64,000 nt of DNA from Takakia lepidozioides (taxonomy: Eukaryota > Plantae > Bryophyta): assembly GCA_030704615.1 (NCBI GenBank), contig CM060731.1, forward strand, positions 5,952,001 to 6,016,000, given 5' to 3'. This document shows, in pieces, positions 49,498-61,100 of this stretch; within the stretch, counting starts at the first letter, position 1; each line of letters starts with the position of its first letter. Position numbers and translations under genes: made by a program. A model generated the notes under the pieces. The model was not told the DNA's origin. It worked only from the letters and a program-made list of their open reading frames with translations, and did not search any database.

Positions 49498-51706
49498 CTA
49501 TCTAGTTTTCTAGTGCTAAGCTAGATACAATGTTCTTTTAACACTATTATAATATATGACTTGGGGCAGGAGCCCATCTAGTCCTGCTGTTGCCATGGGT
49601 TTGCGCTTGTTGTTTACACATGGGCGTTAGTGGTGATCAGGGTGTAGTCATCCCTGTTTGTGGTGGCGGGTGCGCGCAGGGGGCCTTGGCGACTCTGCTG
49701 CCTGAGCGCTGGGGCAGGCTGAGCACCCAGTAGGCCAGTCGTGCCCAACTTGTGTGGTCATCTGTGTTGCAGCTCAAGAAGGGCCATTGGCTGGTAGCCC
49801 ATTTTGGCTTGCAAGCATATTGCTGGATTCACCGTGCTCTGTAGAGACTCGCTGCCAGCGTACAGGGAAAGGTAGTGGAGGAGGCAGGTAGGTCGTGGGC
49901 CTTCTCCACTTTGTCCTGAATGGGAATCGCCAAGGCTATCTCCATAACGAAGGCGCGGTTGTCTGTTAAGAGCGCAATGCCATCAGTCGCAGGGTGGAGG
50001 AGCTCGATTTTGAGAAGTCCAGACCATAGTTTGCTACCGTGCTTAGTAAAGGCAGTGATCGGTGAACTGGAGGTGTCTATGTGTTGTGAGGGGCCTGGCG
50101 TAGCATACTTTTGGGATCAGAGTGGGAGCTGCCGGCATCACTGTTGAGCGCACTCGGTGCTCGTTTGATACCTGGGTTGTTAGCCAAGAGCACCAGGTGG
50201 CGTAGGCGTTGCAGAGCGGAGGATAATCTGGTGGTCTGACGGGTTGGTTGTCACAGGAGTTTGTGTTGCTGGAGCGCCTGGGGCATGTGTGTCATTGATC
50301 GTTGGCAGATTCTGCGCAGAGCGAGTTTGGTAGGCGCGCTCCGTTGCAAAGAACTGTTCGTCAGAGAGATGCATGTCTCTGATCTCGGCGTACCATCTGT
50401 GTAGCCTTCCATTGCCACTTCGTTGGTTGAGTGTTGCTTTCTAGTGGAATGGGGTTTTGTGGCTCGAGATGGCTGGAGTGCAGAAGGCATGAGGGCAGTT
50501 GGACACCTGCCGCGCACTGTTGAAGAGGAGCTCGTGGTGGCAGCGCTTACAGGCCACCTTGATGTGGGGCATTGCAACTTCCTGCCAGGCAGTACACGGG
50601 TAATGCAGCTGAACTCCACATTGAGCCAGCACAACGAGCTGCTGCACTTACGCCAGCCCCTTTGCAGCAGCAAGCCTCCAGGCAATCTATTACTGGTCAT
50701 CTCTCTTCACCCGATTCGTTGGAGGGTAGTCTAATGTCAGGCAGCTGTGAGAAAGGCCAAGCAAGAGTTGTCCAGGGAAGGATAGACAAGGTCACCAGAT
50801 CTTAGGCCATTTGCTGGAAGGGAAGGGCGCTTTCTGACAGTGTCAACCTCCCAGGCTGGCGATCCTCAGGTTTTGGAGGATTGAACCTCAAGGTTGTGTT
50901 TGTTGCAGAGAGTATGAGAGTGGGAGACTGTGGACTCACCAGGTGACACTTGGTGTATGAGTGGGATATGAGCTGAAGGGGCCCAGCTCACTACACGACC
51001 TGCTTGGTCTATGTTTACAATTCAGGACTTGAGGGCAGCCTGTGCCAACTCCATGGAAAGGCTTACACAATCAGTGATAGCAGATCTGTTGTTGTCACCT
51101 TGAAAAATCAGCACGCATGAAGGGCTGAAAGCGTTCTTGATCAAGCTAGTCAGTTCTGGTGCTTTCCGGGGTTGCATTGTAAGTGCTCTTGCTTTTGTTG
51201 GGAATATTGGTGCAAAGGATTAAGGCTCGGCATAGCTACGGATCTCGACTGGAGGAGAGCAGGTCACTGGTAACCAAGAGCTGTGGGGGGTGCATTTGTA
51301 AACACAACTGAAATCCTAGAAATTACAGGGCACGTGGCTAGGGAACCTAGGATGCCATATAGAACTTAGGGAACCGGGAACCAGTTACCAGACATTTTGG
51401 GTGTAACTTTAAATTGTTAAACTTTAAAACTTTAAAAAAAAAAAAAAACCCTTTTTAATCTAATTTGAATGATTTGGAGCCAAATTCATCATATCTTTGT
51501 CAAATGGACTCTGGTTGACCCAGTTTTTGGGGGGATAGCTGCAGAAAGGGGAAATCTACCTATCTAAACCTGGTTTCTGCTTTGGGGACTCTGCTAAAAA
51601 TCTATGGAATTTTTAGAGTGTGAGAGTGCCATGAAGGATCCACAATCCTGTCTCTAGAACCTGTGCTGGTCTATATGAGAGACAAATTGGTGGATGTACT
51701 CCATGC

Positions 51707-52456
51707 ATGGCTGGGGGAAATGAGGACGTAATTGAAGGGCAGGTCTCTTCTCTTAGTCTGTGCACACAAGGGGACACGATTTATGTTTCCCAAGGAACTC
51801 AGACTGATTTGAGTGGAGAACAGTTGGACGAGTTGATTGCATACTGGGAGTCAGGCATTAGCAGTAGACAACAGACTACTGTAGTTGGCATTGAGGGCCT
51901 CAATATCGCCTTGGACAGTCAGAACTCTGTTGGAGCCAGCAGTTCTGCAGCTGTAGGTGAAATACCAAAGTGGGTGAAAGCTAGGCTTGGAACACAGCCA
52001 AAGACAGCCCCGGGGACCAAGGTGTTCAGCCACAGGGCCGTGGTGTATTGGAGCAGAGGAGCAGGAGCTGCACAAGTTTGTGCAATTAGACAGTGTTGCA
52101 GTCGGACACGCTCTGCACAAGGCAACCATGAGCGGGGGTTCATTAGCGAGGACAAGTTTGTTCTGTTTGAAGGCGATGCAGTCATTCGCAATGAAGATAC
52201 CCGCAATCGTCTCAAAGCTTTCGAGTTGAGAGACTATCAGACCCTACCTTTGTTTTCTTTAGTGTTCAGTGAGCGGGAGATAGCAGAGTGTTGCTTTGTC
52301 TCTACCTGGCAGAAAGAGGAGGAGGGTTGGTTAGAGCGAGCTACTGTAGCTTGGGACAAGGTTAGTGGCAGGTTTCTGGACATAGATATACCTCCTACAC
52401 CTTACCATCAAGCAGAGCGAGGCACTTTGAGAGAAGTCTGGAAGTTGATAGCATAG
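51707..52456 (+). CDS. Unknown 249-aa ORF upstream of gag
   Basis: ATG-initiated uninterrupted ORF with globular-looking composition. No recognised motif. Confidence 0.45.
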   Translation: MAGGNEDVIEGQVSSLSLCTQGDTIYVSQGTQTDLSGEQLDELIAYWESGISSRQQTTVVGIEGLNIALDSQNSVGASSSAAVGEIPKWVKARLGTQPKTAPGTKVFSHRAVVYWSRGAGAAQVCAIRQCCSRTRSAQGNHERGFISEDKFVLFEGDAVIRNEDTRNRLKAFELRDYQTLPLFSLVFSEREIAECCFVSTWQKEEEGWLERATVAWDKVSGRFLDIDIPPTPYHQAERGTLREVWKLIA

Positions 52457-52968
52457 ATCAGGATTAGATCTTGCTTGGGCGGGCTTCTATTCTTCCCCTC
52501 CATCTCTGTACTATTTTCATTACCTTGTACTTGTAGTTGCCAAAGCCTCTCTTGGTGGAGGCCAGTCAGTCCGGGGTTTTGGGCTGGGATATTCTGCAGG
52601 ATCAGCATTGCAGCTGGATTTTGGTGTGGGGGTGTTGATGTTTTGATTTCTTGTGTTTGGATCCCCCCCAACACCTGCATGCTTGACTGTGCGCCATGTT
52701 GGTTTTGTGTGGGCGCTTGCTTTCATAGGGATTAGGCCGGATTTGATCACCGGTCAATCCTAGAGTATGCTGTCGGTGGTGAGGCTGGAGTGATGACCAG
52801 CAAGACCACCAGTGTTTCTTCTATGGTGAGGCTGGGTTGATGACCAGCCAACCATAGGAGTTCTTGCGGTGGATGCAGGTGCAGGTGCCCTGAGCCACTG
52901 GGATATGACCCTTAGACTGCAACAGGTGCCCACCCGTGTCACTATTAGATTAGTACTAGAGCCGTATA

Positions 52969-55900
52969 GTGTCACTGGAGGAGGTGCACATTGTGAGTGT
53001 CATTACGGAGTTACCCAAGGGTTTTGAGGGGAGTACGGCTACAGGCAGTAACAGTGAGAGTGGGTTCACAAGACGAGGTATTCGGTTCAGACCACCTTCA
53101 CCGCCACCCTCAATTACTGTAGAGTCAGACACAGGCTCGGAGGCTTCATCAACAGGTGTGCACTTTCATTCGCCATTGTTGTGGGACGACATGGAGGAGA
53201 TGTATGGAGCTACCAAGGGGCCTCGTAGGTACTCTGGAGCTGTGGGCACAATCGAGTTGGATGACTTTATCCAGGAGTTCGACAGCTGGTGTGATTTGCA
53301 GCAGATGCGCAATCCACATCTATTCACCCCATTCATGGCGTGGAAGGGACTGTTCCAGCATTTGGAAGGCCCGCCTATGGACGATTACCACGAGTTCAGG
53401 CGAGGACATGAAGCAGAGATTGAGGAGTGGAGGATGTATTGGTCACCTGACTACATCTCCATTACTCGAGGCATGACGCGACCAGTAGCTGCATCAGTAC
53501 CAATAGCTCCCACTGCCAGCACTAGTAGTGGAGCAGGTAGTGCTGGTACTTCTGCAGGTGGTACCAGTTCAGAAGGTGCTACTACTCCTCCTGCCACAGC
53601 TACAACACATGTGCCTAGATTCAACCCGGTGGTGGAGTTCTTCCAGGAGTTGCGGAGGAACTACCAAGGTGTACGGACAGAGAAGCTGCGAAGTTTGCAA
53701 GACTTCCAGCGCAAACCCAGTGAGAGCCTGCGAGAGGCGTACACTCGTATGAGGCGCTTGATAAGTGTGACCCAAGGGGTTACTGAAGCTCAGGCAATCC
53801 AGTTTTGGTATGGAATTCTGGACAAGGAGCTCAAGAGAAGGGTGCGAGATGCAACCCTGTTACAAGCAGCCCAACCCACATTAGCAGATGTGTTTCTGCT
53901 GGCTGAGCGGATTGAGCTCAACATGGTGGAGGAACGAGTTGTTACAATTGGATTTGGCAAGGACATGCCTGTACGGGGCACAGCTGTCAGCCCACAAGCA
54001 CAAGGGACTGCCCAACAGCGTGGTCAGGGGGGCAAGGTTGCCCAGCCCAAGTTCCATGGAGCTTACAGGGGGCCTCAGGTGCAAAGGCCCGTGGCATCTT
54101 TTGCAGGCCAACAGCAACCAGGGGTGATATGTTGGACATGTGGAGGACCCCATGTCAAGAGAGATTGCCCAGAGAGTGGCAGAAGGCCGGCACAAGCACA
54201 GCCTGCACAGTTGCAGTGTGGGCATTGTGGCAAATATGGGCATGGAGATGCCCAGTGTTATGACTTACATCCTGAGTTGCGCCCAGGCCAGTTCCAAGGG
54301 AACAATGGTGGCCGGGGGCGAGGTGGACCAGCCCAGAGAGGACGAGGTGGTCGGGCACGAGGTGCAGGCCAAGGGCAAGCTCAACATGGCCAAGGACGCG
54401 GAGGTCAGGGCGTTGATCAAGGCATGGCCAACCGGCTTCAGCAGCTAGAGCAGAGGCTCGCTGCCATGGCTATAGCTCAGGCGGTACCGGCTCCCAGGCG
54501 GGATGGTCCACCTCCTGCTCCTGAGGGAGGAGATATGGGAGGCATGGGATTTATGTGCGGAGCAGCACTACCACTAGAGCAGGTGGAGTCTGCTGCAGCC
54601 GTGACTCGAGGAGCAGCACGAGTTCCTGAGCCACGAGGTGCAGAGGTGGAATTGGATCCACAGCGTGGGGAGGCAAGCCGTCAGGCAAGGCTTCCTCAGT
54701 CATTCACATTGGCGGAGACTGTGTCGACGCCATCCATGGCACCTAGTTCTCGCCCGACTGTTACCGAGGCGGAGGTTACTATGCCATTGGGGAGAGCTAC
54801 ACGTGCAGCATTGACTCCTGCTGCCAAGGCTAGTGCGGCCGGTGTGTTGTTGGGGGCAGCCACCTCTGTGTGTCAAGCCCCATTGTTCTCGGCAACCATG
54901 ATTGCGACGCCGGGAGTGAGACCAGCTGCAGTGTTCAGACTAGCAGCAACACTCTGCGAGAGTGGAGAGGTCACTTCATCTTCTGCGGAGTTAGTGGAAG
55001 GTGTAGTGGCAGAAAGATCCTCGGATTTGAGGGTCAAGACTGCCACGGCAGCGCCCTGGCAAGCGGCAGCTGCCAGATTGACGGAGCTGCCAGCTAGGCC
55101 AGCCTTTGAGCGCGCCACGGTGACACCTGGAGTTGTCTTGTTAGACAACCAGGGAGGCATTTTCACTTTGAGTGGACCGACAGGCAAGAAGTACCGGCCA
55201 CTGCGGGTCTTGTTGGACTCAGGAGCTCAGCCACTGATGTTGGGCAGAGCTGCTATTGCAGGTTTGGGCCTCATGGAGGCGGATATGGAGCCTTGTCCTT
55301 TCCAGATACAGACATCTCTGGGAGGATCAGAGCAGGCTCGGGGCATGACACGGCATCAGTTGGCTATTAGACTGCAGCCGGATCATCCTGTAGATGGCTC
55401 AGTGATGCGAGCCAAGGCCATTGTGACAGACGCGGTCTCTTACGATGTCCTCGTTGGTGGGGCAGTGTTATACCCCATGGGCTTCACCCTGGATTTCTGG
55501 GAGGAGTCAGCATCCTACAGGCCTGGATGGCAGTCAGGGGATGGTCGCCGTGCACAGCTCCCTGTGACATTCATTGGGGGTATTGCAGCTGCCCAGCGGG
55601 GCCAGATGCCAACACTAGCCGCCTTCACAGCTGCCGTTAGTTGGCCTGGAGAGTTGCTGGAAGGCAATGTCCATGCAGAGGATGTGCCACCTCTAGCAGA
55701 GCAGGATGACATGCATGGTACGGCGGAGTTGCCTGCCATGGTTGCTCACACCCCGTTGTGGGGTACGAGCAAAGATTTGCAGCAAGCTGCTGATGGACGG
55801 GTGCAACAAGCTTGGGAAGAAGCTTTTGTACCGTCAGGAGAGGAGGAGAGTTCGGTGATTGCACCAGGGCCACCTCAGTTGTCGCCATTGGACACCACAC

Positions 55901-56900
55901 CTCTTGTATGGCAGCGGCCGGATGAAGGCATTTGCCTTCTGGACTTGTTTGGCGGGATCAGCACCGGATTGGCTGCTGTGCTACAGGCAGGTGTGCGGGT
56001 AAGGCGTTACCTGTATGTGGAGAGGGATGAGACTGCACGACGCGTCTCACTGCGCCATGTGGCTCAGTTGGTACAGCAGTACCCTGACTTGTTGCCTGTG
56101 TCTTCAGTTCGTGGATACCAACAAGCCTTACCAGCAGACATTTCCTTGTTGGGGGCGCAAGATTTGGAGCAGGTTGGCTCTATTGATCTGATAGTGGCAG
56201 GTTGGCCCTGCCAAGGGCATTCATCAGCCGGGCATGGCAATGGATTACGAGACTCGAGGACGGGTCTGTTTTGGGAGATGGTGCGGATTTTGCGCTGCTT
56301 GCAGCTTCATCAAGCTGTATCTCCAGCATACATCTTGGAGAATGTACCACTGATGGATGATTCTCGGGCCAGGGTGATGGCCAGTGTGCATCAAGTCCGG
56401 TCGTGGCTTGGGTCAGCAGTGTTGCTGGATGCAGCTGCAGTGGGGTCACGGGCTCATCGTCCACGACTATGGTGGACTAACTTGATGCCACCCGCACTGC
56501 TCAAGCGTGCATTTGATGGGGTGCAGCGGCCAGCACACCTCACCGTGGATGGCATTTTGGACACAGGAAGGCAGTCTCAACGTGTGAGACACGATGACCG
56601 TTCGCCTTTGGCAGTGGTCAACAGGGTGGGTCAACCACGAGTAGCATTACCTACACTGCTCAGCTTCCCAGGATCCCATGCTTTTCGGGATGGTGGACCT
56701 GGCCTCCTGTGGGATGCTCAGTTGCAGCAGTTAGTGGAAGCCTAATGCCGATGAGCGAGAGCGGGCTATGGGGTTTTCCACTGGGACCACGGCGGTGCCT
56801 TCTCTTTCTGAGGCATCACGTCGTCAAGTGTTGGGGCAAGCAATGGATCTCAATTGCTTGACCTGGATTGTCAGCTTGGCTATGGCTGAGCAACGTAGAG
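52969..56900 (+). CDS. Gag (two CCHC knuckles) - aspartic protease - C5 cytosine DNA methyltransferase (DNMT3-like); frameshift at ~56740
   Basis: CWTCGGPHVKRDC, CGHCGKYGHGDAQC; LLDSGA; LLDLFGGISTG (I), YVERD (II), GWPCQG (IV), LENV (VI), AHRPRLWWTN (VIII), ERERAMGF...RRQVLGQAM (IX/X, shifted frame). Confidence 0.92.
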
Positions 56901-57337
56901 TGCGGAGTGCACTTCCCTTGACGGTCTCTCTGCCTACCGAGACGGTACAGGCAGCGAGTGGGGGCGAGCCGGTGAGGACCACGAGGTGTAGACATCCATG
57001 GCACATGTGGGAGGTGCTCGAGGTTCAGAGGGAGTTGGCAGCGAAGGCAGCTGTGATGGATGAGGTTGGGGATTCTTCTCGGGATGAGGAGGTTCTCAAT
57101 GATGAGATGATGGGGCAGGATGAGGCCTTGTCATTGACTGAGCAGGAAGGGGGTACTGCTCAAGAGGTTGCAGCATAGCAACCACGGGACGGGTCCTCTA
57201 CCTCTAAGCCCACTGGACTTAAGGTTGCAGTTACGGAGGACAATTGGGAGCCTGGCATTGGACCCATTGTCACCGGAGGAGAGAGACGACGTATACGGCG
57301 GTTCCTGAGGGCTTACAGGAATTGCTTTGCCTTCAGT

Positions 57338-60313
57338 TTGAAGGACTTGGGAGCACTGAAGGGTCAAGAGATCCGTATTGAGTTGGCCACTGATACGCCA
57401 ATCTTTCGGAGACCCTATAGATACAGTGACATAGAGAGGTCTTTGATTCAGATGAGGACTCAAGATCTCTGGGAGGCAGGTTTGGTGGAGCTCTCTGGTG
57501 GAGAGTATGCTTCAGCCACAGTGATGCCAGCTAAGAAGGATGTCTATGGCAATTGGACGGAGAGACGTATGTGCGGTGATTACCGGCCTGTAAATCGTCA
57601 GACCAAGTCCGATAGGTATGCCATGCCAACACCAGAGGAGATCTTTGATGCCATTGGGCATTCCAAGGTCTTTAGCACGTTGGATTTACGATCCGGATAT
57701 CACCAGTTGCCGATCAAGGAGGCGGATAAGCAAAAGACGGCATTCTGGGGGATCAATGAGCACGGGAAGGATTGCCTATACCAGTGGCGGTTCTTACCAT
57801 TTGGGCTTAAAAACGCTCCCGCTGAGTTTCAAAGAGTCATGGACAGGATTCTAGCAGGGGTGGAGTTTGCTCGGTGCTACATAGATGACATCATCATCTT
57901 TAGTGCTACGGTGGAGGAGCATGAGAGACACCTTCAGGGGGTATTTGAGCGCTTGAGGACGCACGGATTGAAGTTACACCCGGGCAAGTGCAAGTTTTTC
58001 CACAACCAGATTGAGTATCTGGGTCACATGATATATCCTGGAGGATTGGGGGTACAGCAAACTAAGGTAGAGTCCATTGCACAGGTTCCACGCCCCACGG
58101 ATGTGAGCCGAGTTCGAGCTTTCATGGGGTTAGCAAACTATTACAGACGGTTTGTTAAGGGATTTAGTGCCATTGCAAAGGCTCTAACCAAGCTGACCAA
58201 GGTGGACCAGGAGTGGCAGTGGGAAGATGAGCAAGAACAAGCTTTTCAAGAGCTCAAGGCGAGGTTGACCTCGGCGCCCATCTTGAGACGACCTATCAGG
58301 GGGCGTCCTTTTCAGCTGCATACAGATTGGAGCATGCTGGGGCTTGGAGCGGTGCTCACACAGGTGGATGATGAGGGAAGAGAGTTCGTAGTGGCTTATG
58401 CTAGCCGCTCGAACAATGCTGCAGAGTCTAAGTATAGCTCATATGAGGGAGAATGCTTAGCTGCAGTGTGGGCCGTGGCACACTTCAGGTGCTATTTATA
58501 CGGCAATCTCTTCACCCTTGTCACGGATCACCAACCACTCAAGTGGTTGATGGAGTCAGACAAGCTTACGGGGAAGCTTGCACGGTGGGCACTCATCCTT
58601 CAAGAGTATGACTTTCAGGTGGTGCATCGACCGGGTTTGGTCAATCGAAATGCAGATGGGTTGAGTCGCAATCCATGCACGAGCCAGCAGGATGACACTG
58701 GAGCTCGGTGGCATGGTGAGACGGACGAGGAGATGGTGCCCGGATGGCATGCATCTGCATTTCTGTGTATCTTGGCAGCGGAAGGCCAGGTTGGACCTAC
58801 AACAGGGATGACTGCAGATCAAGTGTCTGAGGACCCTGAGGCCAGCAATGAGCAGGGTGGCGCCAAAGATATACATGAGGATTCAGTTGTGTTGGACTAC
58901 CTCCGCAGTGGAGACACGGCAGCCACTGTGACTGCCAAGGAGAGGGATCGGATCCTACAACGAGCCAAGAGGTTCAGGTGGGAGGGGACACACCTACTCC
59001 GAGTGTGGGAGGATGGTCGAGTGAGGATTGTGCCTCACCCAACACAGCGGGCACGGTTAGTGCGGCATGCCCACGAGGAGTTGGGGCATTTTGGGGTGCG
59101 ACGCACCCATAGCCTACTGCAGGGGCAGTATTGGTGGCGTGGTATGCACACAGAGGTGCAACAATTTGTGGCTAGGTGCATGGTGTGTGACAGGGTGCGT
59201 GCTTCATTCAACGCCCCTACTCCACAATTGCACCCTCTTCCGATCATGGGATTGGGCTACAGGTGGAGTCTTGACTTCGCAGGGCCGTTGCCACTGACCA
59301 TGCGCCACAACAAGTATGTGTTGGTGATGGTGGAGCACTTCTCCAAGTGGATTGAATTGGTTCCATTGCCTGATAAGGCTAGTGAGGGAGCTGCGTATGC
59401 ATTCTTGGATTGTGTGCTTAGCCGATTCGGTGCTCCAGCTGAGGTACTCACGGACCAAGGGAGAGAGTTCTTGGGGGAGTTTCAGGCTTTGTGTGACAAG
59501 GCCTTGATAGACCACCGCACCACTTCTCGGGATCATCCTGAGGCCGATGGCTTGGCAGAGAGAGTTGTTCAGACAGTAAAGAGGGGTTTGCGCAAGTATG
59601 GCTTGCAGAAGGGACACCTAGGAGATTGGGACCTTCAGTTACCCTGGCTAGCCATGGGCTACAGGTTCAGCAAGCAAGCATCACTTGCCTCCTTCTCACC
59701 ATACTTTCTTCTCTTTGGCCGAGAGCCGGATTTGCCTACATCCATTCGCAGAGAAGCTGCTACAGTTCTTAACCTTGACGATCCGGACGTGTGGGCACGT
59801 GCATGTGAGCAGCGTGCAGAGTTGTTCAAGAGAGTCATGCCCATGGCTTTCGAGAACCTTGCCATTGCACAACACCGTGATATGTTGAGGTATGCTACCA
59901 TACGTGGTGGGGGCTATCGTCCTGGGGTTCGGAGATTCAACCCTGGTGACTATGTCTATCTGCAGCAGACTGCTCCTACGACCCTGGATGTGACTGCAGG
60001 ACGTGTTATTTTGAGGGTTCGAGAGGTCTTGCCCTCAGGCGTCTTGGTCTTGGAGGGTCGGGATGGCATAACTTGGAAGGACCATGTGCGTAATTGTGCG
60101 CCATGTCACCTTCCGAATGTCGATGGCAGGATTGACCCAAACCTGGCAGTGGTATCTGCAGGTTTGAGGTGCATGTTGTGTGGGTCTGCTAAAGGGGCAG
60201 CCACCATGCTGGTATGTGATCGGTGCTCTAGAGGTTGGCATATGGGATGCTTGACTCCACCTCTTGAGATGGTTCCGGATGGGGATTGGTTATGTCCACA
60301 TTGCATTGGATAG
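57338..60313 (+). CDS. RT - RNase H - integrase - PHD finger
   Basis: LPFGLKNAP, YIDD; HTDWS, SSYEGE; HEELGH..CMVC, SLDF, TDQG, GLAER; C4HC3 CMLC...CDRC...H..C...WLCPHC. Confidence 0.95.
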   Translation: MKDLGALKGQEIRIELATDTPIFRRPYRYSDIERSLIQMRTQDLWEAGLVELSGGEYASATVMPAKKDVYGNWTERRMCGDYRPVNRQTKSDRYAMPTPEEIFDAIGHSKVFSTLDLRSGYHQLPIKEADKQKTAFWGINEHGKDCLYQWRFLPFGLKNAPAEFQRVMDRILAGVEFARCYIDDIIIFSATVEEHERHLQGVFERLRTHGLKLHPGKCKFFHNQIEYLGHMIYPGGLGVQQTKVESIAQVPRPTDVSRVRAFMGLANYYRRFVKGFSAIAKALTKLTKVDQEWQWEDEQEQAFQELKARLTSAPILRRPIRGRPFQLHTDWSMLGLGAVLTQVDDEGREFVVAYASRSNNAAESKYSSYEGECLAAVWAVAHFRCYLYGNLFTLVTDHQPLKWLMESDKLTGKLARWALILQEYDFQVVHRPGLVNRNADGLSRNPCTSQQDDTGARWHGETDEEMVPGWHASAFLCILAAEGQVGPTTGMTADQVSEDPEASNEQGGAKDIHEDSVVLDYLRSGDTAATVTAKERDRILQRAKRFRWEGTHLLRVWEDGRVRIVPHPTQRARLVRHAHEELGHFGVRRTHSLLQGQYWWRGMHTEVQQFVARCMVCDRVRASFNAPTPQLHPLPIMGLGYRWSLDFAGPLPLTMRHNKYVLVMVEHFSKWIELVPLPDKASEGAAYAFLDCVLSRFGAPAEVLTDQGREFLGEFQALCDKALIDHRTTSRDHPEADGLAERVVQTVKRGLRKYGLQKGHLGDWDLQLPWLAMGYRFSKQASLASFSPYFLLFGREPDLPTSIRREAATVLNLDDPDVWARACEQRAELFKRVMPMAFENLAIAQHRDMLRYATIRGGGYRPGVRRFNPGDYVYLQQTAPTTLDVTAGRVILRVREVLPSGVLVLEGRDGITWKDHVRNCAPCHLPNVDGRIDPNLAVVSAGLRCMLCGSAKGAATMLVCDRCSRGWHMGCLTPPLEMVPDGDWLCPHCIG

Positions 60314-60560
60314 TGGGAGTGGATACAACCATGGAGGCTAACAAGAAACGCAAGGCCCAGCTACTAGGAGACCTTGAACACACGAGATCTTGGCTCAAGT
60401 TCATAGATTGCAAGACGGCGACTAACGATGGGGCTACTCTTGTACCCGGCCTCTTGGTTGATAGAGTTTGAGCACGATAAAGACAGTGATAGAGGACTTA
60501 GTACGGCTGTGGCTATTACATCTTGTAGCTATCTGGAGGTAGAGGGACCTATCCACCAGC

Positions 60561-60572
60561 TAGGGGGGCGAT
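60561..60572 (+). promoter_or_regulatory. Polypurine tract
   Basis: AGGGGGG immediately before B1 (TGTG...). Conserved at 29796-29802 on the minus strand. Confidence 0.7.
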
Positions 60573-61100
60573 TGTGCTAGACTACTTTATTGTGCATATA
60601 TGTGTGGTGTGGTCTGGACAGCGATGTAGTTGTGTAGCGATATGTATGCGCACGACAGCTGTCAAGTTAAATAAGCACAGTGTGAAAACAGCTAGAATAA
60701 AACTAGTTATTTGTATTTAACACTTGGATTTAGGTCAAGTGTTAAATCAGGTGTCAAGTTTAGTTTTGACACCTGGTCTGTCTTATCTTCACGAGAGCGG
60801 CAGTCGCGCAGCTCATCTCTCTCGAGTTGAGCCTGCGCGACCGAGCTCCTGCATTCTTCAGATCTGAGTGTATGATGGGAGTGTAGGTTGTTGTGGGGTG
60901 GAGTCCCCATAGCTTGGGGTGCCCCTGGCTCGACTATTATCTTAAAGAGTGATCTTGAGGGATTGCATATTTCTTGTGTTGAGAGTGCGTGTCCTTTTTC
61001 AAGTTTGTTTATCATTGTGCTAGACTACTTTATTGTGCATATATGTGTGGTGTGGTCTGGACAGCGATGTAGTTGTGTAGCGATATGTATGCGCACGACA
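60573..61100 (+). repeat. 3' terminal block B1(85)-GC-A2(355)-T-B2(85)
   Basis: B1 60573-60657 = B2 61016-61100; A2 60660-61014 = A1. Confidence 0.95.

Larger units (their letters stand above)
49127..61100 (+). mobile_element. Ty3/Gypsy retrotransposon with C5-DNA methyltransferase, PHD finger and permuted LTRs
   Basis: TGTC...GACA ends; 4-bp TSD ATTC (49123-49126, 61101-61104); gag-PR-DNMT-RT-RH-INT-PHD. Confidence 0.95.

Noticed and set aside
49127-61100. Classification as a DIRS/Ngaro tyrosine-recombinase element because of the split repeats
   Set aside because: It has a protease, an HHCC-DDE integrase, TG..CA ends and a TSD. No recombinase motif was seen.
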